Source: Obrimoposthia wandeli
Lineage: Eukaryota
Length of the DNA: 64,000 nucleotides
Assembly: GCA_977020255.1 (NCBI GenBank)
Contig: CDROCS010000496.1
Location: 496,001-560,000, forward strand
Reading direction: 5' to 3'
Both the position numbers and the translations under genes were made by a program. Positions 12,688 to 24,735 of the stretch are shown here, one piece after another; positions within the stretch are counted from its first letter, which is position 1, and every line of letters starts with the position of its first letter. Below the pieces are notes generated by a model. That model was not told where the DNA came from, ran no database searches, and saw nothing but the letters and a program-made list of their open reading frames with translations.

Positions 12688-15337
12688 CTAGATTGAGATT
12701 GAATGTAAATCAAATTTAGATAATTAACGAATTAATAAAACGAAACTTATTTTAAATGACATACAAAAATATTAAAAATGTAGATAATAAATCAAACATA
12801 TCCACGAAATTTTGAAACAAGGAAGATGAATTCTTTTTAAATAATTTGCTAGAATAAGTAAAATACCAGTTCTTATAAATGTTTGAGCGAATAACGATTT
12901 TTTCTAAGTTGGCACTTTTCATAACACAATTGAAAACTGTTGAAATTGTACATTTTCAGAGTTTATCTAAAAGACATGAAATTTTTTTAGAGAATTCAGA
13001 AAAATATATGTTAATTCATGTGAAGTCTTATTAGAAGATTTTAGAACCGTATTTTCTTAATTCAGAATATAGAAACTGTAATGATCCATTTTCATTTAAT
13101 TGTGTGGAAGTACCAGCCAAATACCAGCTAGAACTCAATAAGCTTTAAAGTATATGTTGAAGAACCATGGAATAGAATTAAATACATTAAAATATTTTTA
13201 GAAATATAAATTAAATAGTGGGCAGTGAGATGACGATGATGGGTGGGTAATGGAAGAAGTAATAGAGGTTCATTTTTTATAAAAAATTTAATGTATTTTA
13301 ATTGATGTGTTTTACCAAGTTGGTAATATAAAATAACCTTGGTAATAAAGTTTGAATTTAAATGGTAACGATTTTTAATGGTAAAGATGATTATGATTTA
13401 GCAGCTCAAGTTTTTATGTTCTATGTTAAGAAAATGTTATTGATGATTAATAAAGAAGAATCTTATGAAGTGTTATTAATGTACCGTAGCCTCCGTACCC
13501 GAAACAGTATAGAATATTTGAAAACTTTCTATAAAGAACAACCTCTTGTTGAATTTTAAAAATACATTCTTTGAATGAATTTGATATTAATGTCAATTTA
13601 TCTAGAAAACTATTATGCATATAGGGTCGTACATATTAGTGTGAATAATTATTTTCGTGAATTAAAACATTAAAAATGCTGAAAGAAATAGGTTGAGTGA
13701 TTGCCATTTAACTAACATTCTTAAAATAAAGACTAGTTCCAGAAGAAGCAGAAGCCAATGTCGAATCACATTAAATTTCCCACGTTGAATGTTTCTAACT
13801 ACATGACGAATAATCCAAGATTCCCCGTTAAAGTTAAGGACTGTAGAACTGGTTTTATTCTTTGAGTACCTTGATCATTTGTTATATAATATTTTGATTT
13901 ATTAAATACAATTTTGAAAATGTTCAAAATGTAATCAGTTTACTGACTTTTCTATTATTCGAGATGGATGACCATAAGTGTATTATAATGGGGACTTTCA
14001 GTAGAGTTCTATGCTACAATATTCGAAAATCAATCAAAACAAAATCAACAATACATATTACACTGCACTGCAAATGATTTTTTGTTGTTTATTTTTATTG
14101 AATATATGAATCTAATAAATTTTACTGGTTTTTAAAAGACACCATCCACATATTTATATCTCTGGAATTAAGAAACCCTAAAAAGAAAATTATATTAAAT
14201 TTCAATATTTATAGAAAAAAACTAAGCCAATTTTTATATTGATAAAACATAGAAATACTTATATTTTTTACTACTTGGATAAATATATTTTCTTTTGTGG
14301 TTAGGACTATTGTCTGTTTTCATAGACCAGTAGTAGTTTGCAGTCATTGATATATACATAACTTTAATAGATTCTATACTGAGGTTTAAAAATTTAAGTT
14401 TATTTTGCACACAATGGAAAAATGAGCATGACACAGAAATAGACCACCATGATTAGCTAGCAGGATAATACCACACGGACTTTGACGACTCAGATTTTTT
14501 TTTCAGAGCGAACATTTCAAACACTACATAATTTAAAAAGCTCAACGGACAATAGCCGAATTATACCAAATGATTAAAACTAATTGATTGGACTCAACTA
14601 ATAAAAATATAGAAATGACCTTTTTCAATGTTCTTTTTTAGAGACAGAAAATTATTAAGAATTACAGGTTTATTTTACAATATCAATTGAATGCACTATA
14701 TATCCTCAGTATTGAGTTTAACATGGTTAAGCAACTACATTTTGCAGATACCGTCAAAAACTCAATTAAAAAAAGGTCAGATTAAAGGATGATTGTTCAC
14801 TTTTTATTTTTAACAAGTTTTATTAGAATAGTGTTTCGTATTGAAAACTTTTAACATTAAAATTGCTTCTCGGACATGCTTAAAACACAGAATGTATTAC
14901 TACCAACACAGAATATATTCGAAACAAAGAGCGACTTCCAAGTTTAATAGCAGAAATACCCGAAAATATTTTAGTTTTGACGATGAGTTTGCGTTACGCT
15001 GGGATTGCACAAAATTTTGCCTAGGTTCGCTTACATTTCTACCAATGCCCAAAAATGGTATAGAATCGTGGACACAAAATTGTCTTAGAAGTAACAATAA
15101 AAAAGCCGAAAAAAGCAAGTGAAGTAAGAAACAAAAGAAACCCACGACCGGAATCTCGGGAATTGTAAAGAACCAAGTGGAAAAAAAGACAATACCAAAG
15201 AGGTAAGTCTGAAAGTTGAAATAAATAAATTTATACCCATAAATAGTTCAGATATCAACATTGATCCTCCAAGAAATAAGCATAATTACATTCAGATTCC
15301 TACAAGGAAAATGCAGCTGAAGCCAAATACTTATGAC

Positions 15338-15522
15338 AAACTAAACAAAAGCTGATGACCCGAATAATGTCCTTTTTTAGCCAAAAAAATAAAAATACCT
15401 TAAATAACGGGGTAAAATCTAGTCAAAAAAACTAAACAAAAGCTGCTGACCCGAATAATGTCCTTTTTTAACCAAAAAAATAACAAAAATGCCCTAAATA
15501 ACGGGGTGAAATCTAGTCAAAA
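15338..15522. repeat. Two-copy ~91-bp direct repeat
   Basis: aaactaaacaaaagctg(a/c)tgacccgaataatgtcctttttta(g/a)ccaaaaaaa...taaataacggggt(a/g)aaatctagtcaaaa twice. Confidence 0.85.
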
Positions 15523-15726
15523 ATAAAAGAGATCCTTTGGATGTGTTTCAGAAATTCTAACAATTTGCGTGAAGAAAGAAAAAATTACTAACAGAGCAAA
15601 TTTGAAAGTTTAAATAAAGAATGAGTTAAGAGGTAATCAAACCACGACTGATGAAACGAAAAATTGGAACCGCCTCAGTTAGACAAGGTGTATGACCTCA
15701 ATTATAGATGCTACTTTTGAAAAAAT

Positions 15727-16806
15727 TGTTAGATTAAAAATTGAAATAGAATAAATAATAATTATTTATACTAGGAATTTAACCTTCAAACATTCAAGGT
15801 TAAAATACATTTAAAATTAAATTAAAAAAAAAAGTAAATGTGTTAAATTGAGTAAATTGAAACCTTGAAGAGGTCATAAAAAGATATGTATTTAAGAAAC
15901 AAAACAGTGTAAAAAAGGGCCGAAGGAGATAATACTAAAATAAGAAGAAAATTACTGAAAATCGAATTTTACGAAAAAATAAATCAATTAAGAAAATTTC
16001 TATCAGTGTGGGAATCGCATTCTGCGAAACAGTGTAACCACATATCTGCCGTGCACTTAGTAGTAGAGTGCTCAACAACAAGCATTCGCAAGCATACAGT
16101 CGACAACCGACCTTGTAGTAAGTGCGAGGTAATTTTCACCAATTTCCTCAGTAACTAAACAAATCGAAGAAAAGGAGAAACTATCATCGCGATTTCAATA
16201 GTTAAAATAATTCATTGATTAACCACAACCAAGAGGAATCGTTAGAGAAGTTATTCAATTGATACGAGAAAAGAAGAAAGCAAGAACGCGCATGAAGGAG
16301 ATTTCGAGACTTTCATAATACGAAACACGAGAACCAAGAGAGAAAACTGGACAGGCTTTGCAGGACTGAGCGAAACAACGTCACGGAAGCCTAAGAGCAC
16401 TAAGTGCCTATTCAAGTAAGCAGACCCTCTAATCTATAGGCTAGTCGCGAGTTTGCCACGTATCAGTGTTCCAAGCTCTGGTACAATCAGAGGAGCATCG
16501 TTAGCGTCGCTTGGCTCCGGACTCTGATCATATATTTAGACCTGGACTTTACCAGACCTGCTTTCAAACTAAAATATAAAACAGCCTAACCGACTAATCA
16601 CCCTAAACAGCCATTACACCACACTAGTTTAGAGTCCCTTCTAGTTATCCTAACACAAATCCGTGAACATATCACACAAAAACAGACATGCAACCTTCAG
16701 ATTTAAGACATATAAGAAAAATAAGAAAAGGTAGACCACATCCATCGCTACAGAACTCAAATTGGGGGCCTCCGTAAGAGAATCTAGTTTATTAGAAACC
16801 CCAACA
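15727..16806 (+). mobile_element. Solo LTR A, related to the giant-element LTR family
   Basis: Starts TGTTAG, ends ...TAGAAACCCCAACA like the other LTRs; shares the ACCT-tgaag-AGGT palindrome. Flanks aatt/aatt fit a 4-bp TSD if one T of the run is missing on the left. Confidence 0.75.
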
Positions 16807-19198
16807 AATTTAATGAAAATGTTTTATGTTAATAAAAATATTAGCTAAATTAAATAAGCTCCGGTTGTAAATGATCCAGCGGAAAGATCTCCGGCATGTA
16901 CTATTGCTAGGACAAAAGAAATACAAAAATTATTTTTGGTTTTAAATAAATTTTGAATATTTTATACACTTTATAATTTAAATATAAAATCCTACCTCTA
17001 AATTTTTCATAGCCAGGAACACGGGTACTAAAATTTAACTAAACAGTATATAATATAACACGTTCTATGTAATTCAGTATCCAGATTTATGATCTAATGT
17101 ATTCAAATAAAAAAGTAATAAATCGCCATTCATTTTAAATTCTATTTCTAAAAATTCAACTGATGAAATTAGATTCGTAAAAAAACTAAAAACATTGACA
17201 CCATAATATATATTGTCGAGGAAGAGAAAGAAAATTTGTTATAGAACAGTCAAAAGAAGACACATACAACGTCTGTGTCGGACCAAGGAGACTGAAGATT
17301 CTGGCACCAAGTGCAATGCAAACTTACGTGTGGCTGATGTCTCATCATCGACCGCACTGCACCGTGCTACCAGCGTATTTGCTTACATGTGACTGTAGAA
17401 ACATCAGGGAGATTCCCAAGACAGAAATGGCATCGAGGATTATCGAACATAGATTTGACTTTGCGCAGCTTCCAAACAATCACTTCTTGTTAGCGGTGCT
17501 CGTCACCAGAGCCTCATCGATCGCGGTTCTCGATTCTCAACATCATACAGAATGACTCTACAAGATATGGACTGATGGAGCACACCAACTATCAGAAAGA
17601 CACCATTAACTAGTGTTTATGTGACACTTTGTGTAGCCCATATACGATGACATCGTCACGATCTTCGACACGCTCGAGCAGTTCAACGAGGTCAGTGTAC
17701 AGATCAGAGTTACATTGTCTCGTCTACTTCAGAACTGTAACTAGAGCGTCATAAATATAGCAGAATTTATTATTACATTTTGTATTTTAAATCATGTATG
17801 ATCATTTGAAAGATGGAAATTTAATTTAATTTACAATTTAATATCAATCTAGACGAAATGGAATTTTTTGCATAGTATCTTTGAAATTCAGCTCTAAAAA
17901 TGTATTGTAATATTAATTAACCGAAAATCTTGTGCAGCTTGTAAAAACATTAGTTATTCACAATTATAAGTAGATATAATAAATAAAATTATCAATGTCA
18001 AATTTAAACAATGGTTTCATTGAATTAGCGATATAATTTTTTTGATGAAATCTCCACTAACTAATAACACCATTTGACACATTTTGGTGGGGTTTGTGGA
18101 TAAAGAATTATGTCTTATAACTCATTTTATTTATATACTTCTTCGTAAAGTATTAATTGAAAAACTATAGGGATTTTTAAAAAATGAATGATCTGTTTAA
18201 AAGGCAATAATCAACAAAATAATGTGTTAGAAGAAAGTAAAATGATATTACGAAACAATTCAAGAAATGCGAAGAAAATTTTTAAAAATACTAGCATATT
18301 ACCAGAAAAATAAAATATGGTCAAGAAATTAACATCAGCATATTCTCAAAAAGATTATTCTACATGTACATCGACTTCTAAATATACAAAGCATGTGTTT
18401 TGAATCTAAAATATTTTACTTCTTATGAATTTGTCACAAAATTTTCAGGTTTCACGTAATAACACCACGATCTTAATCAAAATAAATCAAGATTTTATTC
18501 AGTATCTACATTGTATAGAAGGGATGTGAATCACAAGATTATAATTTGGAAATCTACTTAAGTGCTTGTAATATGCTTGTAATTTTCTAACCCCCCCACC
18601 CAACACTCAAAAACTAATTAACCCCATATAATACCCTTTAAAATTGAAAATCTCATAATGCTCCCAAAAAAGTGAGGAAGGTCCAGTGAGGCCGTTTAGT
18701 GGGCCAAAGCGTGTCCTCCGGGCCCACGGTGGTTTAACGAGCAACACATATACAGTCGTCAAATTAATATATTAAAGTATGTTATAGCACAAGTTCGAGA
18801 AAAAAAATTCAATTTTACAAAGGAAAACAACTTACCTGATCTGATAAAATATCCGAAAGTTAATAGAAAAGTCTGTTGAAAATATTGCTTATCAAACATA
18901 ACTAATTATACGACAATACATGTTTGCAATAATAAATAATGGAGACACTCCTGCACTAATGAAAATCATTTCAAATTAAAATGTATTACGAGTATTTTTT
19001 TCAAGAATTGTATGGAATTTCCAAGAAACTATTGATTGTTATTAATTCAGATAATCATGGTAATGGTTGTAAACATAAACACATAATGGTTTAGGTTATA
19101 ACTAATTTATTTCACACAAATATAAAAGAACATATAATTCTATGAATGCAAATATTATTTGCTTATACTGACTGACATGGTTTCTTTTATTATAATAT

Positions 19199-20566
19199 TG
19201 TTAGGATTAGGATTAAATAAATTTAAAAAAAATTGTATGATGTGTAAGTATATAATAGATTTTAAAACTATAATATGGACCATGAAAATTCAATCATAAA
19301 AAACAGCCAAAATCCAGCAAGAGACAATTAAGAAGAAGTAATTTAAGAAGAAGTAATTAACAAGAAACAAGCAAGAAATAAATCGTGAGAAATTTACAGC
19401 TGATTCACTTAGTTCCAGACTCGGATACAATTGAGACCGGGAAACGATCCAGCCAGCACTCTACGACTAATTACAAGCAGCGAGTCGTAAGTGCATTTTA
19501 GTGAATTCTTCCATTAGTCCATTAACAGGAACCGGATTTTGCAGCTGTAAATTGTCATCGATTTCATATAAAGAGAGAAAAATCTCATCGCTAGCCAGCA
19601 GAAAAGTCAGGAAAACAGAATTTGATAATTGAAAATCGGTGCTACCTAAATTGAACAGCCACAAATATCAGGCAACAGGATTGGAAAATAGCGATTAGGA
19701 ACTTGGTTCGAAATCTTCCCGAAAATCAGTAAAACAGAACGGTGAGATATATAGGAGCATAAATTTAACATCAGTGTATAATTTTGAATTTATAAAGTTG
19801 GAGTCAATATATAATTTTGAATAGATAATTTGTGAACCAATTTGACCTGAATTAATTTGAATTAAAGTTGCCCATATTTTGGTCGCCTATATTTTGGAAC
19901 GAATTAATTTGAATTAAAGTTGGCCATATTTTTGAATTAAAATATTCCGACAAAATCGTCTATATTTTGAAACGGAAATAATTTGAATGAAAGTTGTCCA
20001 TATTTTTAAATTGAAATAATTTGATAAAATCGTTCATAATTTTGAATTGAAATAATAGTCAATATTTTATTTGATAACGTTGAAAGAGTTATCGTTCAGT
20101 TTAATTGCCCACATTTTGTACGATAAATCATTAAAAGAATTTAAAGCTTATTTTGAAATTGATAGACAAAAAATTCGATACGTAAGACATCCTCATTTGC
20201 GCGAAGTTGTGAAGAGAGATTAGGACTAGTTGTTGTCAATTTTTAGAAACGTAACTTAGTGTGTTTTATAGAATAAAGTTTCCTACAGTTAGTCAGCATT
20301 GTTTGAACAAAAACCCCTGGAATCAATCAAGCACCATATACTCCATACATTACACCACAATAGGAGGATTTTCCCAGTGCCGTTTACACAGCTCTTCACA
20401 CATATCCACAACAAACAAAAACTAACCTTCAGATTAGACATTGAGACAGGTAAGCACAATCTAAGTAGGCCACAAACAACTGCAAACCCTACTTCTATAG
20501 AACTCACGTTGGGGCCCTCCATACAAGGATCTATTTGAACCATAGTTTCATATAGAAACCCCAACA
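19199..20566 (+). mobile_element. Solo LTR B
   Basis: TGTTAGG...GAAACCCCAACA with perfect 4-bp TSD ATAT (19195-98, 20567-70); internal degenerate tandem repeats about 19780-20100. Confidence 0.88.
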
Positions 20567-22095
20567 ATATCATCTCCAAATAACGCCAAGGAAAAACTTT
20601 ATAACATATGAAATTAATAGTAAATTTAAGGGTACATTGATTACTTTTTAAAATGAATTAAAACAGAGTTTTAATTGTTCAAATCGATTGGTTAACCATT
20701 AAATCTACAAGATACTGGTGGTTTCAATAGGCAAAACGATTGATTATTATAATAAACGCCATAATGATAGATTGTGAAAGTTTATAATATCATAATAATG
20801 ATAGTATACTATGATATTAGATCTTTATTCAAATGAGCGTTTACAATATATACAGGTCTGCACATTATCTGTAGATATACGATTATAATACAAACATTAA
20901 TTACAAGAACTATATGGATAAATTATGTAAGGAACTTACAATGGAATGTTTTTGACTCGAAATGAACAATTCAAATTATATTCAAACAATAACAATATTT
21001 TAAGCTTATAAGAACTTTTCTAGTTTTTTAATCAGCCGGCTCTATTAAGTTAAAATACAACTTTTTATTAATTTGTTTGAACCTTCTAAAATTACAAATA
21101 TAGTTTGATAATAATTTGCATTAAAATTATTGTAGTAATTATTACTATTATAATTACACATTATTAAATTGGACAAATTAATGTAATATTATTACAATAT
21201 GTATCCATAAAAAATAATTGTATTAGTTATATTTTAATATTAATTTCTGATATTTATTCTATAATAACTTATAAATAATCTGAAATATAATGTATGCGTC
21301 AAAAAAAGACCAACCCTAATATAACCTAATATAAATATAAAAGATTAATATGTATTTATAATGATTTATATTCAATAAATAATTGATGGTGCTTCAAAAA
21401 AAAATTGTATAGATCAGTATCTTTAAAAATAACCAAATTCTGAGGTATGAAACTGCACAAGTGTTCAGGAATTTGTGATTTTCTTTATCCTGTCCTGGTG
21501 AGTGTTTATTGGTGCTCAGGTATGGTGACGAGACTCGATTTGGGGTTCATGGGCAAAGAGTTGTTTGTCCCCGTTGTTGAGCTGGGTCTTCCCTGAGAGC
21601 TCCATGGAGCTCGAACTCCCATCTGAAACCCACAACCTAATACGACCATCTTGTTGCCATAAATAATCTGAGGTCTTATCAGACCATACCACTATTTTTT
21701 CATCGAGGCTCCCGTCATATAGAGTGTTGCATACACCATTTTAAACATCCTATTGTTAAGGTTGAGAATTAAGAAAATTAAATAATTTAGTTGATTAAAT
21801 ACTAAAATAAAAATCCTTGAAAGCAAGGTCGAAAATTAAATTAAAATAATAATTTAAGTTTTAGAATTAAAATTAGTGAAATTTAGGGTAAAATTAGGAG
21901 GACCACGAAGGTCGTGTATTATGCGAAAATGTATAAAAGTTTAAAGTTAATTAACCAAAGGGACAAAAATAAGAAATTAATTAAAAGAAAAACGGTTAAT
22001 TAAAACCGTCAATCAAGAAAGAAAAAGGTAAGCACATTTTGAGTGCAACGAGATTAATTGATTTTTTAGCAACAGAAACTTTCAAATTTCGAGAC

Positions 22096-22195
22096 CAGCT
22101 GTCATTGATTGACAGAATCCGGAGACTCGTATAGAAACCTTCAGTAATCACGGTAAACAGCTGTCATTTGATTGACACGACTGTTCCTATATAAG
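22096..22195 (+). promoter_or_regulatory. LTR promoter: two CAGCTG+TGATTGAC modules and TATA box
   Basis: CAGCTGTCATTGATTGACAG (22096-22115), CAGCTGTCATTTGATTGACAC (22158-22178), TATATAAG (22188-22195); mirrored at +21399 in the 3' LTR. Confidence 0.6.
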
Positions 22196-22339
22196 GAAAC
22201 GAAAATTAACCACAATCACAAATACGGGATTCAACTCCCTGACCACAAACAGAACCATTAAGTTCTCGTGTCCAAAAAGCTGATTGTATAAAGGTAAACG
22301 TTCCAGTCAGTAAAGATAATTGATTTTATTATTGTATTA

Positions 22340-22640
22340 AAGGTAAACGTTCCAGTCAGTGAAGATAATTGATTGTTAATAAGCTCTGTTTCGAAGAAGA
22401 TTCCCAGTGAAGATAATTGATTGTTAATAAGCTCTGTTTCGAAGAAGATTCCCAGTGAAGATAATTGATTGTTAATAAGCTCTGTTTCGAAGAAGATTCC
22501 CAGTGAAGATAATTGATTGTTAATAAGCTCTGTTTCGAAGAAGATTCCCAGTGAAGATAATTGATTGTTAATAAGCTCTACTTCGAAGAAGATTCCCAGT
22601 GAAGATAATTGATTGTTAATAAGCTCTGTTTCGAAGACGA
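22340..22640. repeat. 48-bp tandem array in LTR (~6 copies; also about 43740-44040)
   Basis: Unit cccagtgaagataattgattgttaataagctctgtttcgaagaagatt. Confidence 0.95.
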
Positions 22641-22730
22641 TTCCGCCAGGCTCGCAAGCACCACATACGGACCCTACACCGGACGTCCCACGAGTTGCTG
22701 TAACTGGTAAGAACACAGACTAGGTTCATT

Positions 22731-23161
22731 CATTGCCCCTAGTAGGCAATTAGGATATATTCATTACCCCTAGTTGGTAATTCTATATTTTCTTAATAAT
22801 ACACAAATTCATTGCCCCTAGCTGGTAATTAGGATCACTGCCTCTTTACCACAATCATTGCCCCTAGTTGGTAATTAGGATCGGACCTTTATTCATTGTC
22901 CCCAGCGACAATTAGGAAACCTACCAGACGTTTTTTCCCGTAAGATTCATTGTCCCTAGCTGGCAATTAGGTTCATTCATTGCCCCTAGTTGGTAATTCG
23001 GATAAATATTCATTGTCCCTAGTAGACAATTCGGTAAGATTCATTGTCCACTAGCTGACAATTCGGTTCGTTCATTGTCCGTAGTTGACAATTAGGAGTA
23101 AGTTTTCCTTGTCATCTTGACAATTAGGTTTTAGGAGATCCCTTGTCTACAGTAGACAATT
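22731..23161 (+). repeat. Array of 12 short hairpin motifs ATTGYC-N(5-9)-GRYAAT in LTR (also 44130-44561)
   Basis: Copies at about 22731, 22762, 22810, 22856, 22894, 22948, 22978, 23011, 23042, 23073, 23107, 23141 with variable spacers. Confidence 0.9.
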
Positions 23162-23430
23162 CGGGTCAAACACACAGAGAGAGTAAGGAACAAAGAAACA
23201 TTTAGCTAGAGATCAGAAGTAGGAGCGAAGAAATTTAAGAGAGTTGCGTTATAGATTAACCAACCTAAGTAAGAAGACTAAACCTAAGAAACTTAATCAC
23301 CTGAACGTAAAATCGATACGTGGTTCATCCCCACTTCTTGTAGAGACTTACAGAAGTCCTTTAGGAATTTTATCATACTTTTTAGAAATACGTACATAAA
23401 CGTATTGTGGTGTTAGTTACGTGAATTTTG

Positions 23431-23436
23431 AATAAA
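23431..23436 (+). terminator. Putative LTR polyadenylation signal
   Basis: AATAAA in context ttttgAATAAA, seen in similar context in related LTRs (about 46438, 58813, 60728). Confidence 0.5.
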
Positions 23437-23650
23437 CAATTTCCTACATTAGAACAAGTTGTTTTTACACCCTTCAGACTAAGAGACATCAAATCAAATA
23501 CCTTCAGATAGTACAAGAGATTAGGCAACCATAACACTAAGTAGGCCACGACCAACTTTAAGACCTGCTTCTAATCGAACTCACGTTGGGGTCCTCCGCA
23601 CATAAGAGGCTCTATACCAAGTTTCGTATAGAAACCCCAACATATTAAAG

Positions 23651-23669
23651 TGGTGCCCCGAGTGAGGAT
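23651..23669 (+). other. Primer-binding site, complementary to elongator tRNA-Met 3' end
   Basis: TGGTGCCCCGAGTGAGGAT, 8 nt after the LTR end; matches the complement of the metazoan elongator tRNA-Met 3' end as I recall it (TGGTGCCCCGTGTGAGGAT) with one difference. Confidence 0.75.
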
Positions 23670-23694
23670 AGCTCGTCGGACACAGCGAATTCAC

Positions 23695-23975
23695 GTAGAA
23701 TAAGTTCAGATAAGTTTTGGAAAATTGAGAATAAGTTTCAGGTGAATAGAATAAGTTCAGATAAGTTGCAGATAATTGAGAATAAGTTTCAGGTAAATAG
23801 AATAAGTACAGATATTAAGAATAAGTTTCAGATATTAAGAATAAGTTTCAGATATTAAGAATAAGTTTCAGATATTGAGAATAAGTTTCAGATAAATTGA
23901 GAATAAGTTTCAGATAAATTGAGAATAAGTTTCAGCAGAAGAAAATAGACAATTGAGAATAAGTTTCAGAAGAAG
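23695..23975. repeat. Leader tandem array 1 (20-22-bp units, core AGAATAAGTTTCAG)
   Basis: About 13 copies of the core directly downstream of the PBS. Confidence 0.9.
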
Positions 23976-23989
23976 ATATAAGTAAATTG

Positions 23990-24735
23990 AGTTAAGAATT
24001 TGATAAGTGTTGAGAAATCGAGTAGATTTGTTCCTCGAAGTTGAGAAATTGATAAGTGTTGAGAAATCGAGTAGATTTGCTCCTCGAAGTTGAGAATTTG
24101 ATAAGTGTTGAGAAATCGAGTAGATTTGTTCCTCGAAGTTAAGAATTTGATAAGTTTTTGAGAAATCGAGTAGATTTGTTCCTCGAAGTTAAGAATTTGA
24201 TAAGTGTTGAGAAATCGAGTAGATTTGTTCCTCGAAGTTAAGAATTTGATAAGTCTTGAGAAATCGAGTAGATTTGTTCCTCGAAGTTAAGAATTTGATA
24301 AGTGTTGAGAAATCGGGTAGATTTGTTCCTCGAAGTTAAGAATTTGATAAGTTTTGAGAAATCGGGTAGATTTGTTCCTCGAAGTTAAGAATTTGATAAG
24401 TTTTGAGAAATCGGGTAGATTTGTTCCTCGAAGTTAAGAATTTGATAAGTTTTGAGAAATCGGGTAGATTTGTTCCTCGAAGTAAGAATTTGATAAGTTT
24501 TGAGAAGTCGAGTGGATTTGTTCCTCGAGCCAGTAAATTTTATAAGCGAGAATCGAGTGGATTGATACTCGAAGTAATTAATTGAATAAGTTAAGTCGGG
24601 AGACTCTGTCCTCGAACTAATTAAAAAGATAAAAATCGTAAATAAATTGATAAAGTGAGAATCGAGTGGATTGATACTCGAAGTAATTAATTGAATAGGT
24701 TAAGTCGGGAGACTCTGTCCTCGAACTAATTAAAG
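23990..24735. repeat. Leader tandem array 2 (49-bp unit, ~11 copies) plus two related longer units
   Basis: Unit gttaagaatttgataagtgttgagaaatcgagtagatttgttcctcgaa (period 49, e.g. 24181 vs 24230); 24550-24735 has two copies of gaatcgagtggattgatactcgaag...gtcgggagactctgtcctcgaactaattaaa. Confidence 0.92.

Larger units (their letters stand above)
21754..23642 (+). repeat. 5' LTR (1,889 bp)
   Basis: TG...CA termini. Differs from the 3' LTR at only three positions I could see (C/A near 23107, T4/T5 run near 23129, terminal A/T). Confidence 0.97.

Noticed and set aside
12720-14100. Possible decayed coding sequence including ORF 13362-13559
   Set aside because: No diagnostic motif recognised in any frame.
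15648-15661. CTGATGA-aac-GAAA as a minimal hammerhead
   Set aside because: No stem II and no complementary stem I strand could be found.
21597-21612. Perfect 16-bp palindrome GAGCTCCATGGAGCTC near the 5' insertion site
   Set aside because: Single occurrence about 140 bp from the TSD, with no evidence linking it to targeting.
22258-22716. 152-aa minus-strand ORF (and its twin 43657-44115) with ETELINNQLSSLGIFF repeats
   Set aside because: By-product of a 48-bp (multiple of 3) tandem repeat inside the LTR; no coding evidence.
22340-23161. CRISPR-like appearance of the LTR repeat and palindrome arrays
   Set aside because: The 48-bp array has no spacers; the hairpin array has degenerate repeats and irregular spacers; eukaryotic LTR context and no cas genes.
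24403-24585. 60-aa ORF with KNLISFEKSGRFVPRS repeats
   Set aside because: Translation of the leader tandem array.
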